Virus record (IMG/VR): IMGVR_UViG_3300028558_000016
Location: 406,014-470,013 of that record
Strand: one strand, 5' to 3'
DNA: 64,000 nt
Source: a virus
Part shown: one piece after another, positions 33,448 to 43,316 of the stretch
How positions within the stretch are numbered: the first letter of the stretch is position 1
How the letters are laid out: each line of letters begins with the position of its first letter
The notes under the pieces: model-generated
What the model was told of the DNA's origin: nothing
Seen by the model: only the letters and a program-made list of their open reading frames with translations
Database searches by the model: none
Program-made: the position numbers and the translations under genes

Positions 33448-33462
33448 ATAATAACAAACACC

Positions 33463-33759
33463 ATGAAAGTATACCTCCTAATAAACGAAGAAGGAAAATA
33501 TAAGATCGGTTTCACAGAACGAGAAACAAAGAAGCGAATAAAAGAATTACAGACAGGATCACCATCAGAAATGAGAGTCGTCCAAGAATATGAAAGCGAC
33601 AATGCAAGGAAGATAGAAACAATCCTACACAGGTTCCTAAGGTCTAAACGAATAAGTGGAGAGTGGTTTGAATTGACGAATGAAGAGGTTGCAGACTTTA
33701 AGAACAGATGCGCCAAGATCGATTACAATATAAAATTTCTCGAAGAAAATAAAATATAA
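33463..33759 (+). CDS. T5orf172 / GIY-YIG-like domain protein
   Basis: YKIGFTER...RIKELQTGSP...HRFL...GEWFELT matches the T5orf172 (GIY-YIG-related) pattern. Confidence 0.55.
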   Translation: MKVYLLINEEGKYKIGFTERETKKRIKELQTGSPSEMRVVQEYESDNARKIETILHRFLRSKRISGEWFELTNEEVADFKNRCAKIDYNIKFLEENKI

Positions 33760-33760
33760 T

Positions 33761-34036
33761 ATGGAAAACCTAAAGACATTTGAAAGCTTCAATGATCCAA
33801 ACCAGAAAACGGTTGAGAAGATCCAGCTTTCTTCCTACATCACAAAAAGTGATTTCTTTTCTATGAAGAAGAAAAATGAAAAGGATGCTATTAAGAAATT
33901 GATTGCTGTTGGCGAAGTGCTACCAGACAAATACAAGAAAGACAGTGAAGGAAACTATGTTATAGAAACTGGAAATCCTGATGTCAAAGAATTGACAATC
34001 CCAAAGAAATTCATTTACGAAATTTTTAAGAAATAA
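33761..34036 (+). CDS. MKHIKLFE-leader family member (N-terminus MENLKTFESFND)
   Basis: N-terminal motif. Confidence 0.45.
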   Translation: MENLKTFESFNDPNQKTVEKIQLSSYITKSDFFSMKKKNEKDAIKKLIAVGEVLPDKYKKDSEGNYVIETGNPDVKELTIPKKFIYEIFKK

Positions 34037-34654
34037 TTAGAATTTATTTGGAAACTCTTTTTCGAGAGTTTTTCCAATTGATTTTTGCCCAGGAGATGTT
34101 TCTACAAAAGTTTTTAGTTCTTCTGGAAACCATTCCTTGACGGCTCTATATGCAAAATCTTCCCACGAATCACCTACTTCATAAACTTTTCTAACAACCA
34201 AGATTTTCTTGACAAGCTTATTCCAATCAGGAATAGCTTTAATACGAATTTCTGCCTCGCTGTTATCCGTTAAATTGAGAACATCAAATTTTTCTAATAA
34301 ATCTTTCATAGAAAAGACTAAACAAATGTTTGACTCTCCAGTGACTCCAGCCGAAACGTAACTTGGATCTATTGTCAGACAAACTCCAGCTGCGGTAGAA
34401 ATTCCAGAAGAAATTTCATTTGTTTCTGATCCAAGAATAAATTTTGGTTTAGGTAAAGCAGGCATCTCTACTTTTTTTCCTGTGTTTGGATTCTTTCTTA
34501 AAACGTAAGGACCTGTGTTAATGTCTGGTAATTCATATATTTGACTAAAAAGATTTCCTTCATTTACCCAATGATAGGCATAATCAATAGTAGACAAGTC
34601 TTCTATCTTGCGTTGCTCATCTCTGAATTTTTCAAAAAGTTTTAAATATTTCAT
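34037..34654 (-). CDS. MKHIKLFE-leader family member (MKYLKLFEKF), 205 aa
   Basis: N-terminal motif. Confidence 0.5.
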   Translation of the reverse strand: MKYLKLFEKFRDEQRKIEDLSTIDYAYHWVNEGNLFSQIYELPDINTGPYVLRKNPNTGKKVEMPALPKPKFILGSETNEISSGISTAAGVCLTIDPSYVSAGVTGESNICLVFSMKDLLEKFDVLNLTDNSEAEIRIKAIPDWNKLVKKILVVRKVYEVGDSWEDFAYRAVKEWFPEELKTFVETSPGQKSIGKTLEKEFPNKF

Positions 34655-34878
34655 TACAGGTTTGAAATAAGAGCCCTGAACAATACGTCTTTAGCATCTT
34701 CTACAGAAAGATTTCCGTATTCTGGTTTGTTGGCAATATCGTTAGCCAATATGTTCATGTTAATATCCTGATTGTCGGAATCATTAGCATAATCTGTAAT
34801 TCTCCTTTTTACTTCAGGAGTTAATTTAGTTAAGTCGACAGATTCAAATATTTGTGTATAAGTTCTAATATGTTTCAT
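34654..34878 (-). CDS. small protein (MKHIRTYTQIFESV), family-like
   Basis: N-terminal similarity. Confidence 0.4.
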   Translation of the reverse strand: MKHIRTYTQIFESVDLTKLTPEVKRRITDYANDSDNQDINMNILANDIANKPEYGNLSVEDAKDVLFRALISNL

Positions 34879-34879
34879 G

Positions 34880-35143
34880 TTATCTGCTTCTTCCGTTTTT
34901 TAAATCATTCCAAAACTGCATAGTTTTGTATGCCACTATAGAAGCGACAGTTGGAGCTAATCCATATCCAAGAATATCCATAACAAAATCAACTCCTGTG
35001 TCCGACTTAAAATGTCCTATCACAGAACCTATTGTTATTAGTTCATAAATCGTTATTCCGAATGCTACCAAAAATATTTGGATGAATGTGTTCTGCCACA
35101 TTATCTTGAAGAAATTCTTAAAGCTGTTGTCAAATTGTTCCAT
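34880..35143 (-). CDS. small membrane protein (87 aa)
   Basis: Two hydrophobic helices. Confidence 0.4.
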   Translation of the reverse strand: MEQFDNSFKNFFKIMWQNTFIQIFLVAFGITIYELITIGSVIGHFKSDTGVDFVMDILGYGLAPTVASIVAYKTMQFWNDLKNGRSR

Positions 35144-35427
35144 TAGTCGTTCTTAATTATTTGTGACACAGTGTGTTTTTTGTTAGCTTCTGCATCCTTT
35201 TTGATTTTAGGCCAAAGTGTTTCGCAGATGTATTGTAATTGTTCGAGAGACATTACTGCTGTTCCGCTTGTTGCAATGTCAATTCTCCAATCTGATGTAG
35301 CCATTTTCTGCAAACTGTTTCTTAATGTAACAGTACAATATCCAACATCTTTTGGTTTGATGTCGTAAGATTTTCTGATTGAATCTTGCCCCTTTAAAGC
35401 TTCATTTATGTCTTTAATGTGTTTCAT
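35143..35427 (-). CDS. family-like small protein (MKHIKDINEAL)
   Basis: N-terminal motif. Confidence 0.4.
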   Translation of the reverse strand: MKHIKDINEALKGQDSIRKSYDIKPKDVGYCTVTLRNSLQKMATSDWRIDIATSGTAVMSLEQLQYICETLWPKIKKDAEANKKHTVSQIIKND

Positions 35428-35888
35428 TAGAAATCGCTAAATTTTTTTATGTTCTTCAAACCATTTGATTTTTCAAATGTTGCGGGTTCTCCAGAAGTGT
35501 AATCCATGAGTCCAGTATCTACAGGTTCTCCTTTAACTCCAGACTGATTTCCTTTATCACCGCCTTCAGCGAATTTAACGCTGCTTGGAGCCAATTCAAT
35601 AACCTCACCGTCTTCTTCTATCTCAATGGATATGTTCTCTCCTTTTTCATCCTTCTGAACTCTAACAACACTACCTGTGTGTTCTTTAGAATCTTCAACA
35701 CCTTTTCCAGTTATGAAATCTCCTTCTTCAATTCCATCGATAACGTCATTGACAGGTTTATCAATAGAGTCTGGGGCTTTCTTGTTAGAAAGAGTATCCA
35801 ATGAACGATAACGAATCTTAAAGATGTCATTAGCGTATGTTGGATCCCACATGGATGGAAGATCTTCAAAAAGTTTTATGTGCTTCAT
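35427..35888 (-). CDS. MKHIKLFE-leader family member (MKHIKLFEDL), 153 aa
   Basis: N-terminal motif. Confidence 0.5.
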   Translation of the reverse strand: MKHIKLFEDLPSMWDPTYANDIFKIRYRSLDTLSNKKAPDSIDKPVNDVIDGIEEGDFITGKGVEDSKEHTGSVVRVQKDEKGENISIEIEEDGEVIELAPSSVKFAEGGDKGNQSGVKGEPVDTGLMDYTSGEPATFEKSNGLKNIKKFSDF

Positions 35889-36467
35889 TTAGTATATACC
35901 ATTCTTCTTGTTATCCTTAATGGCCTTGTCAAGCTTTTTTAATCTTGAATGGATCACGGCTGAGAGTTCATAGTTTTCTTCCTTCACAGATTTCACGAGC
36001 ATCTCTTTAAGAACATCTCTTTCAATCTCATCGGAATTTCCTACTGGATCTTCTTCTTCTGGTGAATTATCATTCTCACACATAACAGCACGCGTCGGAG
36101 TGAATACGATTTCAAGTCTGTATCCACTTTCTTTGTTGGACCAAAAAATAATCCAATTGTTATGCTGCAATTCATTAAAATTGCTGTCAATAACAAACTT
36201 AACAAGGTCTCTTAATTCCTTCTTAATTGCAAAGACGCTCTTCGTGGTTACGCGTACTTTTTTACCCTTTTTACTCGTAGTGTCCTCGTAAGCATCTCCA
36301 TGCTGCGTTTCAAAATACCTCATGATGTGGTCCCAATCTAAACGTTTGAACACCTCATCTATCAACTTTGAATAGTTTTCCATTTTAAATTTTTCGTTCA
36401 TTTCTAATAAACGGAAAGCGCTTTCTATTCTTACTTTATATATTTGATTTTGTATGGAAATCACCAC
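35889..36467 (-). CDS. hypothetical protein (192 aa)
   Basis: ORF. Confidence 0.45.
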   Translation of the reverse strand: MVISIQNQIYKVRIESAFRLLEMNEKFKMENYSKLIDEVFKRLDWDHIMRYFETQHGDAYEDTTSKKGKKVRVTTKSVFAIKKELRDLVKFVIDSNFNELQHNNWIIFWSNKESGYRLEIVFTPTRAVMCENDNSPEEEDPVGNSDEIERDVLKEMLVKSVKEENYELSAVIHSRLKKLDKAIKDNKKNGIY

Positions 36468-36477
36468 ATTTTCCTAA

Positions 36478-36510
36478 ATAAAAACGCCTTACAAAGTAAG
36501 GCGTTAAGTA
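36478..36510 (-). terminator. rho-independent terminator (− strand)
   Basis: AACGCCTTAC-AAAG-TAAGGCGTT with a T-run on the − strand. Confidence 0.65.
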
Positions 36511-36512
36511 TT

Positions 36513-36704
36513 TTAATCAAGTCTATTTGTGTGATGATGAGGGCTTTCCTTTCTCTCATCTTCAAGAACTTTTTTGTATGATTCAAAACAATCTTCCAAA
36601 AATTGCTTGTACTCACTTTCAGTAAATTTCGTCGAACGATCTTTACAAAAACCTTTGCTGTAGAAATAAGACGCAACATAATTTGTAAATTTATCCTGAT
36701 CCAT
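36513..36704 (-). CDS. hypothetical protein (63 aa)
   Basis: ORF. Confidence 0.35.
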   Translation of the reverse strand: MDQDKFTNYVASYFYSKGFCKDRSTKFTESEYKQFLEDCFESYKKVLEDERKESPHHHTNRLD

Positions 36705-36720
36705 TTTACATTAAATTATT

Positions 36721-37065
36721 TTACAGAACAAAAGGATACTGTTGGTATCTAAATCCAATAAAGGAAGCTCCACCATCTGCAACAAGCTTTTTCAAGTACA
36801 TGTAATAAACAACTCCTTGCTTGAAAGATCCAGCTGGATAAGATACTGCGGCAGCATCACCAAGCAATTGAACTTGTGTAGTTCCTGTTGAAGTAACTGT
36901 ACAGAACAATGCAAACACAGGAGAATTTAATCCTGCTGCTACAGTTGGACCTGGAGGAGATGTTGGTCCTAAATTTGGATCAACGTGTGTTGTTGTTTGC
37001 TGTGTTGGAGTGTAATCTGTTCCCACTGCAATTGCGATTTGCGAATAAGCTGAATTTGGATTCAT
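36721..37065 (-). CDS. hypothetical protein (114 aa), possibly structural
   Basis: T/G/P-rich ORF. Confidence 0.4.
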   Translation of the reverse strand: MNPNSAYSQIAIAVGTDYTPTQQTTTHVDPNLGPTSPPGPTVAAGLNSPVFALFCTVTSTGTTQVQLLGDAAAVSYPAGSFKQGVVYYMYLKKLVADGGASFIGFRYQQYPFVL

Positions 37066-37088
37066 TATATTTTTATTATTATTTTGTT

Positions 37089-37598
37089 TTAGTTGAATGC
37101 AAGTACTTTAACTCTCACATCAAAATTTAAGTGTGGATTAAAAATCGTAATTCCACCTGGAGATTCATCGAGTCCCCAACCTGAACCTATCTTAGTTGTT
37201 CCTGACAACATCATTATCTTTCCAATGTTTAAGTAACCGCTACCCATTGTTGGATATAAGAACTTAATGTATTTTTCTGTAGTCTCAACTATGATTTGAT
37301 TTACGTCTGCCTGAGGATATTTTACTACCAATGCGATAAATTGTACTTCTCCAGCATCATTTAAAATGCTATCAATGTCTAACAACACAGAAGCATTTGC
37401 TTTCACAACATACTCTTGGCTCATCCATTGATCAGCAGGCATGAACACGTCCTTCAAAGAGAATTCAAGAAGCGTGTCAGCTCCTTTAACAATCGACATG
37501 CTTGGATTGTTATTGGTTCCATCAAATATAAATCCCTGAAACGATGAACCATCGTCGCATTTAAGATTGTTATTTGGATTTTGATTAGGAAGTCCCAT
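37089..37598 (-). CDS. hypothetical protein (169 aa)
   Basis: ORF. Confidence 0.45.
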   Translation of the reverse strand: MGLPNQNPNNNLKCDDGSSFQGFIFDGTNNNPSMSIVKGADTLLEFSLKDVFMPADQWMSQEYVVKANASVLLDIDSILNDAGEVQFIALVVKYPQADVNQIIVETTEKYIKFLYPTMGSGYLNIGKIMMLSGTTKIGSGWGLDESPGGITIFNPHLNFDVRVKVLAFN

Positions 37599-37617
37599 TA
37601 TTCTCTTTTAATTATTT

Positions 37618-38193
37618 TTACTGGTCGTGATTTGTATAAGGAGCAATGTCATCCTCATCTGTCTTATTTATCTTTTCAGACTCAACAATTTTAGGTTCTT
37701 CCACTTTTTCATTGGAGGATTCCTTCTGTCTAAGCTTATCACCAAATTTGATGTAGTAGTTTAATGCTATCAAAGACATCATAGGAATTGAACCTCCTTG
37801 TACTATAGCCAATAATCTCCTGTGATCTACAGGAGTCCAATCTTCAAAGAACGGTTGGACGAGTTCCATCCATGATTTAAACAACGAACCATTTTGGTCT
37901 ATGTCGTTAAATTCAAAGAAGACGTTACCTATGATTTGAATGGAAGTTACAAGCGCAAATAGAAACCAAACTGACGCACGATTAATGTTTATGCTTGCTG
38001 CAGAAACAGAAGCCAATGCAAATATCTCAATTGCTATTGAAAGATAAACTGCCCAGGCAAATGGGTTTCCTAAATCATACCAGCTCACAACGTGTGAAAT
38101 GGACATTGCAACAACCAATAAAATTGGCAAAAGGAAAGAATTCTTTATAAGAACGTCTCTCCTCATGCCTTTCAACCAATTTAAAATTTTCAT
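37618..38193 (-). CDS. integral membrane protein (191 aa)
   Basis: Multiple TM helices. Confidence 0.45.
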   Translation of the reverse strand: MKILNWLKGMRRDVLIKNSFLLPILLVVAMSISHVVSWYDLGNPFAWAVYLSIAIEIFALASVSAASININRASVWFLFALVTSIQIIGNVFFEFNDIDQNGSLFKSWMELVQPFFEDWTPVDHRRLLAIVQGGSIPMMSLIALNYYIKFGDKLRQKESSNEKVEEPKIVESEKINKTDEDDIAPYTNHDQ

Positions 38194-38534
38194 TTACCAG
38201 AGCTTAATTTTTCTTGAAGCTCTTTGATCTTTTGATCGTATTCATTCATCCTGTCGTCGGGTCTCACTGTGGTCCTGACGATTGCATTCTGGTCATAGAG
38301 CATTCTCTTCGAGATTTCATATCCCTCAATGGTCATTCTTGTGTCAAGCTCTTGCTTTCCATAAGTATTGTCCTTGAGAGCCTTAACTGTCGTACTCAAG
38401 CTGTCAACCTCCTTACGCAACTTAATGTTCTCTTTTTGGTGGCTGCAACTCTGACAGCTGTTTATGCCGGTCAAAATAAGCAATAAATATATTGCTATGA
38501 CCACAAATCTGTTGAGTTTATCTAAGATGTTCAT
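38190..38534 (-). CDS. lipoprotein with a coiled-coil region (spanin-like?)
   Basis: Signal peptide plus lipobox LTGINSC; heptad-like C-terminus. Confidence 0.4.
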   Translation of the reverse strand: MNILDKLNRFVVIAIYLLLILTGINSCQSCSHQKENIKLRKEVDSLSTTVKALKDNTYGKQELDTRMTIEGYEISKRMLYDQNAIVRTTVRPDDRMNEYDQKIKELQEKLSSGK

Positions 38535-38535
38535 T

Positions 38536-39066
38536 TTACTTTTCCGGAGTTTTTTCTATTTCAATTCCATTTTCAGCAGCTGCCAATTTGCTTTCAAGTG
38601 AATTAACTTTATCCGTATCCTGCTTGATTAATTTCAAAGCTTCATCCAAAGGCTTCACAAACTTAATGTGTCTTTCTGCTCTTTGAAGTCCTTTGTCCTC
38701 AACCTTTGAAAGGAAGAAGCTTAATGCTTGGATTGGAAGAGACTGTAGAAAAATGTTTCCAGATTTTAATCCTTTTGCTTTTTCTACGTGTAATGCTTTA
38801 GAAACTTCTATTATTCCAAGAGCTTCCATGTTCTTCCATGTTGCACCATTGTCGATGAAATCGATCAAAGCTATTAGAGAAATTTCGTCTTCCAATTTTA
38901 TTGGATAAACCTTATTCTTCATGTCAGCATTTAATGCGTCAAGCTCCTTTGTGATGTCATCCACAAGCTTTTGGTCTATTGCAACCGGTTTTGATTCTGT
39001 TGGATTAGCTTCCACTGTATTTTCTGTTGATACGGCGGTTAAATCTTTGTTGTCTTCTGTGCTCAT
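38536..39066 (-). CDS. hypothetical protein (176 aa)
   Basis: ORF. Confidence 0.45.
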   Translation of the reverse strand: MSTEDNKDLTAVSTENTVEANPTESKPVAIDQKLVDDITKELDALNADMKNKVYPIKLEDEISLIALIDFIDNGATWKNMEALGIIEVSKALHVEKAKGLKSGNIFLQSLPIQALSFFLSKVEDKGLQRAERHIKFVKPLDEALKLIKQDTDKVNSLESKLAAAENGIEIEKTPEK

Positions 39067-39132
39067 TTTTATATGTTTTAAACGTTATACGGTTAATAAA
39101 TTACATTGTTTCAGCTACTTTTCTATATATTC

Positions 39133-40077
39133 TTAAAATAGGAGAGGATCACCGAAATTAAGCAGATCTCCCATCTGGGTGGCCTTCTCTAATTGGTACT
39201 CTGGAATAGAAGGTCTCACATAAGGACGCACCTTAAACATGTCTGGGTTCTTCTCTTTGAACTCAAGCATCTTAAGAACTTCATTTGTCATATCTCTGCA
39301 TTCTATTATCTGTGGGTCATCGTTATGCTCATTAAACCATACGATGTACATTTTCTCATGAAGCTTAATGTTGGTGTTCTTTTCCAACAAATACTTGTAA
39401 GTGTAAAGCTGCAAAGAATAAGTGTTAAGCTCGCACGAGTCAAGATGACTTAAGCATTCCTTCATTTGGTACTTATTGGTCCATGCCAGTTTCCTGTTGG
39501 TCTTCCAATCGTAGAGTTGTAAGGCATTAAGCTGAGTGTTATAGAACAATTGATCAATCTGACCAGCAAGCTTCAGCTCCTTTGCTCCTACGACCAATTC
39601 TGATTTAACTGGAATTAGTATTCCAGTTTCAATGTATTTCTTGTAAAAGTTATTAGCAAGCTTCTTCATCATGAAGAAGGTTTTTTCGATGTCGTCGAAA
39701 GTAACAACGTCTTGGCCGGATTTATCTTCCATTACATCCTTGTTGGCCATTAGATTTTCGAGGTAGCTGTGGATCAATCTTCCTTCGTAAATTCCATGTC
39801 TGTTCTTGTAGGTCCACTCGGCTTTTAAATCTTTCTTGTGGCGTTCGAGAGCTTGATCATAAGTTTCCAATGAAAATTCGGTAATGCCTCCAGCTGCGTT
39901 TATTCTTTCGTCAGCTTTTATCTTGAGCCATTTCTCTTCATCAAATTCCTCTGTGAATCTGTGAATTAATCCTGTGACTGAAATGACTTGCTCGTCGTCT
40001 ATGAAATAAACGTGAGGCTCATCGTAGAATTTAATGTTATTAAACTTTGAAAATTCCTTAAAGATTTCGTAATTCAT
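39133..40077 (-). CDS. PD-(D/E)xK-family nuclease (YqaJ/RecB-like exonuclease)
   Basis: Motif progression HVYFID ... IDQLF ... LYDWKT (D ... D/E-x-K). Confidence 0.5.
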   Translation of the reverse strand: MNYEIFKEFSKFNNIKFYDEPHVYFIDDEQVISVTGLIHRFTEEFDEEKWLKIKADERINAAGGITEFSLETYDQALERHKKDLKAEWTYKNRHGIYEGRLIHSYLENLMANKDVMEDKSGQDVVTFDDIEKTFFMMKKLANNFYKKYIETGILIPVKSELVVGAKELKLAGQIDQLFYNTQLNALQLYDWKTNRKLAWTNKYQMKECLSHLDSCELNTYSLQLYTYKYLLEKNTNIKLHEKMYIVWFNEHNDDPQIIECRDMTNEVLKMLEFKEKNPDMFKVRPYVRPSIPEYQLEKATQMGDLLNFGDPLLF

Positions 40078-40116
40078 CGTTGGTTTTCTTTGTTATACCA
40101 ACGACAATATTAAAAG

Positions 40117-40578
40117 TTACGGATGTATGAAATTGTATAACCAAGAGAAACCCATTCCGATTTTGTGTATTAAATCGAATTTAGATTCTGCCCACCACAA
40201 TAACAATAATATTGCAGTCCACTTGATAATCCAATAGAGAGAAAGTTCTCTGAACAAAGGAATGTATTTAACACCAAACGCATAAACGCCAGCATCAGGA
40301 TTGCATTGATCGTCGATCTTAACTGTGACAACTTCTTGCAAATTCAAAGCAGCGAGATATTCGTTGATGGGTTTTAATTGCTCTATGACATAGAGCTGGT
40401 AGTATTGTTTTTCTGATTCATAAACTTCTGGTGGAAGATTTATGACGGTGTACATTATTCCGAAATAACCAACTCTCAGATTTTTGGTTTTCCAATCTTC
40501 TGTGTTCTTGTTTTTCTTTATGGTCTTCCTAATGAAGAAGTAGTTACTGATTTCCTTTAGTATTCTGAATAATTTCAT
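40117..40578 (-). CDS. hypothetical protein with a C-terminal TM segment
   Basis: ORF. Confidence 0.4.
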   Translation of the reverse strand: MKLFRILKEISNYFFIRKTIKKNKNTEDWKTKNLRVGYFGIMYTVINLPPEVYESEKQYYQLYVIEQLKPINEYLAALNLQEVVTVKIDDQCNPDAGVYAFGVKYIPLFRELSLYWIIKWTAILLLLWWAESKFDLIHKIGMGFSWLYNFIHP

Positions 40579-41374
40579 TTTGCATTACGTAATTTACGTA
40601 CCCTTTAACGGACTCTGGTACTCGACCAAGTGCTCTCGGAAGTGAATCTCCCATTGCATAACATGCCAAAGCCATTTGCCATGCTTCTCCTTGATCCTTT
40701 TTTCTTTTATACCAATACTCATACTTTTGTTTCAGCAACAAAGAACCACAGATGAGATTGTTTAGAGATGTGTTTCCTCCTTTCAGAGAAAGGACATCGT
40801 AGAAATGTTTAAATGTGATAGGCATCATTTGCATGTAACCCATTGCGCCAGAAGATGAATTGACTGCTGATGAATCAAATCTCGATTCGTGGTGAATAAC
40901 CCTCACATAAATGGAGATAGGAATGTTCATCTTCTCAGCATTATCTTTTATGGCCAACAAGTGATTGTCAGGAACTTTGCTTGGAACTAAAATTCCGCTC
41001 TTACTGTAAATCACAAATCTTATGTATGACTCGGTGTTCATCAGAGAATCCATGCATTCATCATACACGGTTTCCTTTGCGTTTGAATAGAGATTGGAAA
41101 TTTCCTTATATGTTCCTTTGAGCTCTTGATCTTTGTTGTCTATTGTATCCATCAAGACAAAGTTGTTTAAAAGGACAGCTCCCATAAAATAAATGACTGC
41201 CATGAAGGCAGTCACTTTAAAAAATCTTTTAATTGGAAATGTTTTAGTCCTGAATTCTGGATACAAAATGTACTCACAAAAAGAGATAGCGATCCTGTTG
41301 AACCGTGTATCCTTCTCATAACCCATTCTTAATCTTCTATAGAAATTTCTGATATTATTTTTCATCTTCTCCAT
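40544..41374 (-). CDS. membrane-anchored lytic transglycosylase (SLT domain)
   Basis: IHHESRFDSSAVNSSSGAMGYMQMMPIT matches the SLT catalytic motif (ES ... GLMQ); N-terminal TM helix. Confidence 0.6.
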   Translation of the reverse strand: MEKMKNNIRNFYRRLRMGYEKDTRFNRIAISFCEYILYPEFRTKTFPIKRFFKVTAFMAVIYFMGAVLLNNFVLMDTIDNKDQELKGTYKEISNLYSNAKETVYDECMDSLMNTESYIRFVIYSKSGILVPSKVPDNHLLAIKDNAEKMNIPISIYVRVIHHESRFDSSAVNSSSGAMGYMQMMPITFKHFYDVLSLKGGNTSLNNLICGSLLLKQKYEYWYKRKKDQGEAWQMALACYAMGDSLPRALGRVPESVKGYVNYVMQNEIIQNTKGNQ

Positions 41375-41569
41375 TTTAGTATCAATTGATTATCTAATAC
41401 AAATATACTAAAAAAATGTCAAAAAAGGAAATAAATTAGTTACTTTTTTCTATAGACTTTATCTTATCCTCGATTTCCACGAGTTCTTCTGTAAGAACCT
41501 CTATTAGGTCATCCGATAGCTTTTTTAACAGCTCGTCGTTCAAGGATTCATTCATTGTAGGCATTGTGC

Positions 41570-42040
41570 TCATATTTCTTGGTTGTTGTATAATATAGTG
41601 CTTGAATGTAAGTTCAATGTTATCTCTTTAGTTCTTGCAGCCTGCAGAAAATTATTTTCTTCCAGGTGTGTGAAAAAAAGAAGATCATCAAAGTCCACGC
41701 TCATGTTGCACTCCTTATATATCAAGGTGCCTATGATTTTACCCTTCTTACCATAATCATTATCCAAAATGGAAATTATGACGTCAGACTTCTTTTGGCT
41801 GTTTTTAAGCTTCAAAAGAGAATCGACAGGAACTATCTTCCTTGTGTCATTTTGGTAATAGAGTCCAAATGTTATCTCACGAGATGAAACAGACTTCACA
41901 CAATCGTGCAAGATCTGTTTATCCTCGTCAGTTAAATCTACTGAAGTGAATTCAACATCAAAGTATGTCGAATAAATCGGTTCCAGCTTCTTCACATTTT
42001 CCTCTTGCTTCAATAATTGATTGCTCGAATTCGTCTTCAT
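41570..42040 (-). CDS. hypothetical protein (start uncertain; overlaps the end of the sigma-factor gene)
   Basis: ORF. Confidence 0.35.
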   Translation of the reverse strand: MKTNSSNQLLKQEENVKKLEPIYSTYFDVEFTSVDLTDEDKQILHDCVKSVSSREITFGLYYQNDTRKIVPVDSLLKLKNSQKKSDVIISILDNDYGKKGKIIGTLIYKECNMSVDFDDLLFFTHLEENNFLQAARTKEITLNLHSSTILYNNQEI

Positions 42041-42986
42041 CGTTATGTTGGGTTTGTTTGTTTTTATTTCGTGACTGAACGAGCTTGAAGTATTCTGGAT
42101 TGTTCTCAATGATCTGAGTTCTCGCCCTCTTTATTCTCGTCTTAACGCTGTTAATGTTTATGTTGTGCTTCTCAGCAATTGCTTTATACTTCATTCCATT
42201 TAATTCTCTGTCGATCATGATCTCCTTGTAAAATCTTGAAAGGCCATTTATCTCCTTTAAAACTTTTTCATAGACAACCTGATGAACATCTTCAGACTCA
42301 TTGAGATCCCAATCAGGATCCACTTGCACCAATTCTTCGTCAGCACCACATCTTATCAAGTTGTGCTCGCTGTATTGCATTGCTTCCGAATGATTGCTTC
42401 CAGCATTTAATGAAACCAGCATCTTATTTTTTCTGATGTGTTGCATCGCCTCGTTGTGTACTATTCTATAAGCCCAAGTCGAAAAGTTCCAGTACTTGTT
42501 GTATTGATCTATCTTGCTCCAGATCTTTGTGAATGCAATAGACACAACATCTTCTGCAGAAGCTTCGTCTTTCAATATGTTCATTGCATGGAAAATCATT
42601 CCAGGTTTTAATCTTGCGTAAAGATTATTGAAATCTCTTTCTGATCTGCTCTTGTAAAATTCAAGTGCTATCTTCTGTAATCCTTTTGCCTTGATGATGT
42701 CATCCTCGGTTACTATTAATTCCTTTGGAATTTCTACTTCTATGTCTGCAACTTTTTCTGGTAAAGCAACAACTGCAGGAAGCTTTTGACAGTCGATGTA
42801 ATTATCGAACTTCAATTCACCTTTCTTAAGTTTACCTTTGTACCATGAAATATTTCCAGGTCCAGTCCTCGATCCCATTATTCTCATCACCTCATCCGCG
42901 ATCTGCTTGTTCGTCCACTCCTTGTTGTAGAAGATCAAGTGCATTGCACAATGTGCTATGCTTGGAAATTTTTGTTCTGTTGACAT
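41958..42986 (-). CDS. sigma-70/ECF-family RNA polymerase sigma factor with an about 130-aa N-terminal extension
   Basis: Region 2-like FSTWAYRIVHNEAMQHIRKNK; region 4 HTH YKEIMIDRELNGMKYKAIAEKHNININSVKTRIKRART. Confidence 0.65.
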   Translation of the reverse strand: MSTEQKFPSIAHCAMHLIFYNKEWTNKQIADEVMRIMGSRTGPGNISWYKGKLKKGELKFDNYIDCQKLPAVVALPEKVADIEVEIPKELIVTEDDIIKAKGLQKIALEFYKSRSERDFNNLYARLKPGMIFHAMNILKDEASAEDVVSIAFTKIWSKIDQYNKYWNFSTWAYRIVHNEAMQHIRKNKMLVSLNAGSNHSEAMQYSEHNLIRCGADEELVQVDPDWDLNESEDVHQVVYEKVLKEINGLSRFYKEIMIDRELNGMKYKAIAEKHNININSVKTRIKRARTQIIENNPEYFKLVQSRNKNKQTQHNDEDEFEQSIIEARGKCEEAGTDLFDIL

Positions 42987-43022
42987 TGTTGTTACTTTTA
43001 TTTTTACGTTCCGTTTATAATT

Positions 43023-43316
43023 TTACTTTAAATCTGACATCTTCGTTGTTGATCTTAACATCAATCTTATCATGATGACCAACAAATAAGTTTTGATATA
43101 AGACAGCGGATGTTCAGTGACTACGTAATTCCAAATCCACCAAATTGCAATTGATTCTGCTGCGACAATTCCTGCCGCCCAAAATATGCTTGTCACCATT
43201 GACCTGACAGAATTTTTAACCTTATCTACTGGTGATATTTTTTCTTTTTTCTCTTCTCCAATCGGACCATCTTTTTCTATTCCTCTTCCTTGTTGGTAGT
43301 GTCTCATGTTATTCAT
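43023..43316 (-). CDS. small membrane protein (97 aa)
   Basis: TM helix. Confidence 0.4.
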   Translation of the reverse strand: MNNMRHYQQGRGIEKDGPIGEEKKEKISPVDKVKNSVRSMVTSIFWAAGIVAAESIAIWWIWNYVVTEHPLSYIKTYLLVIMIRLMLRSTTKMSDLK

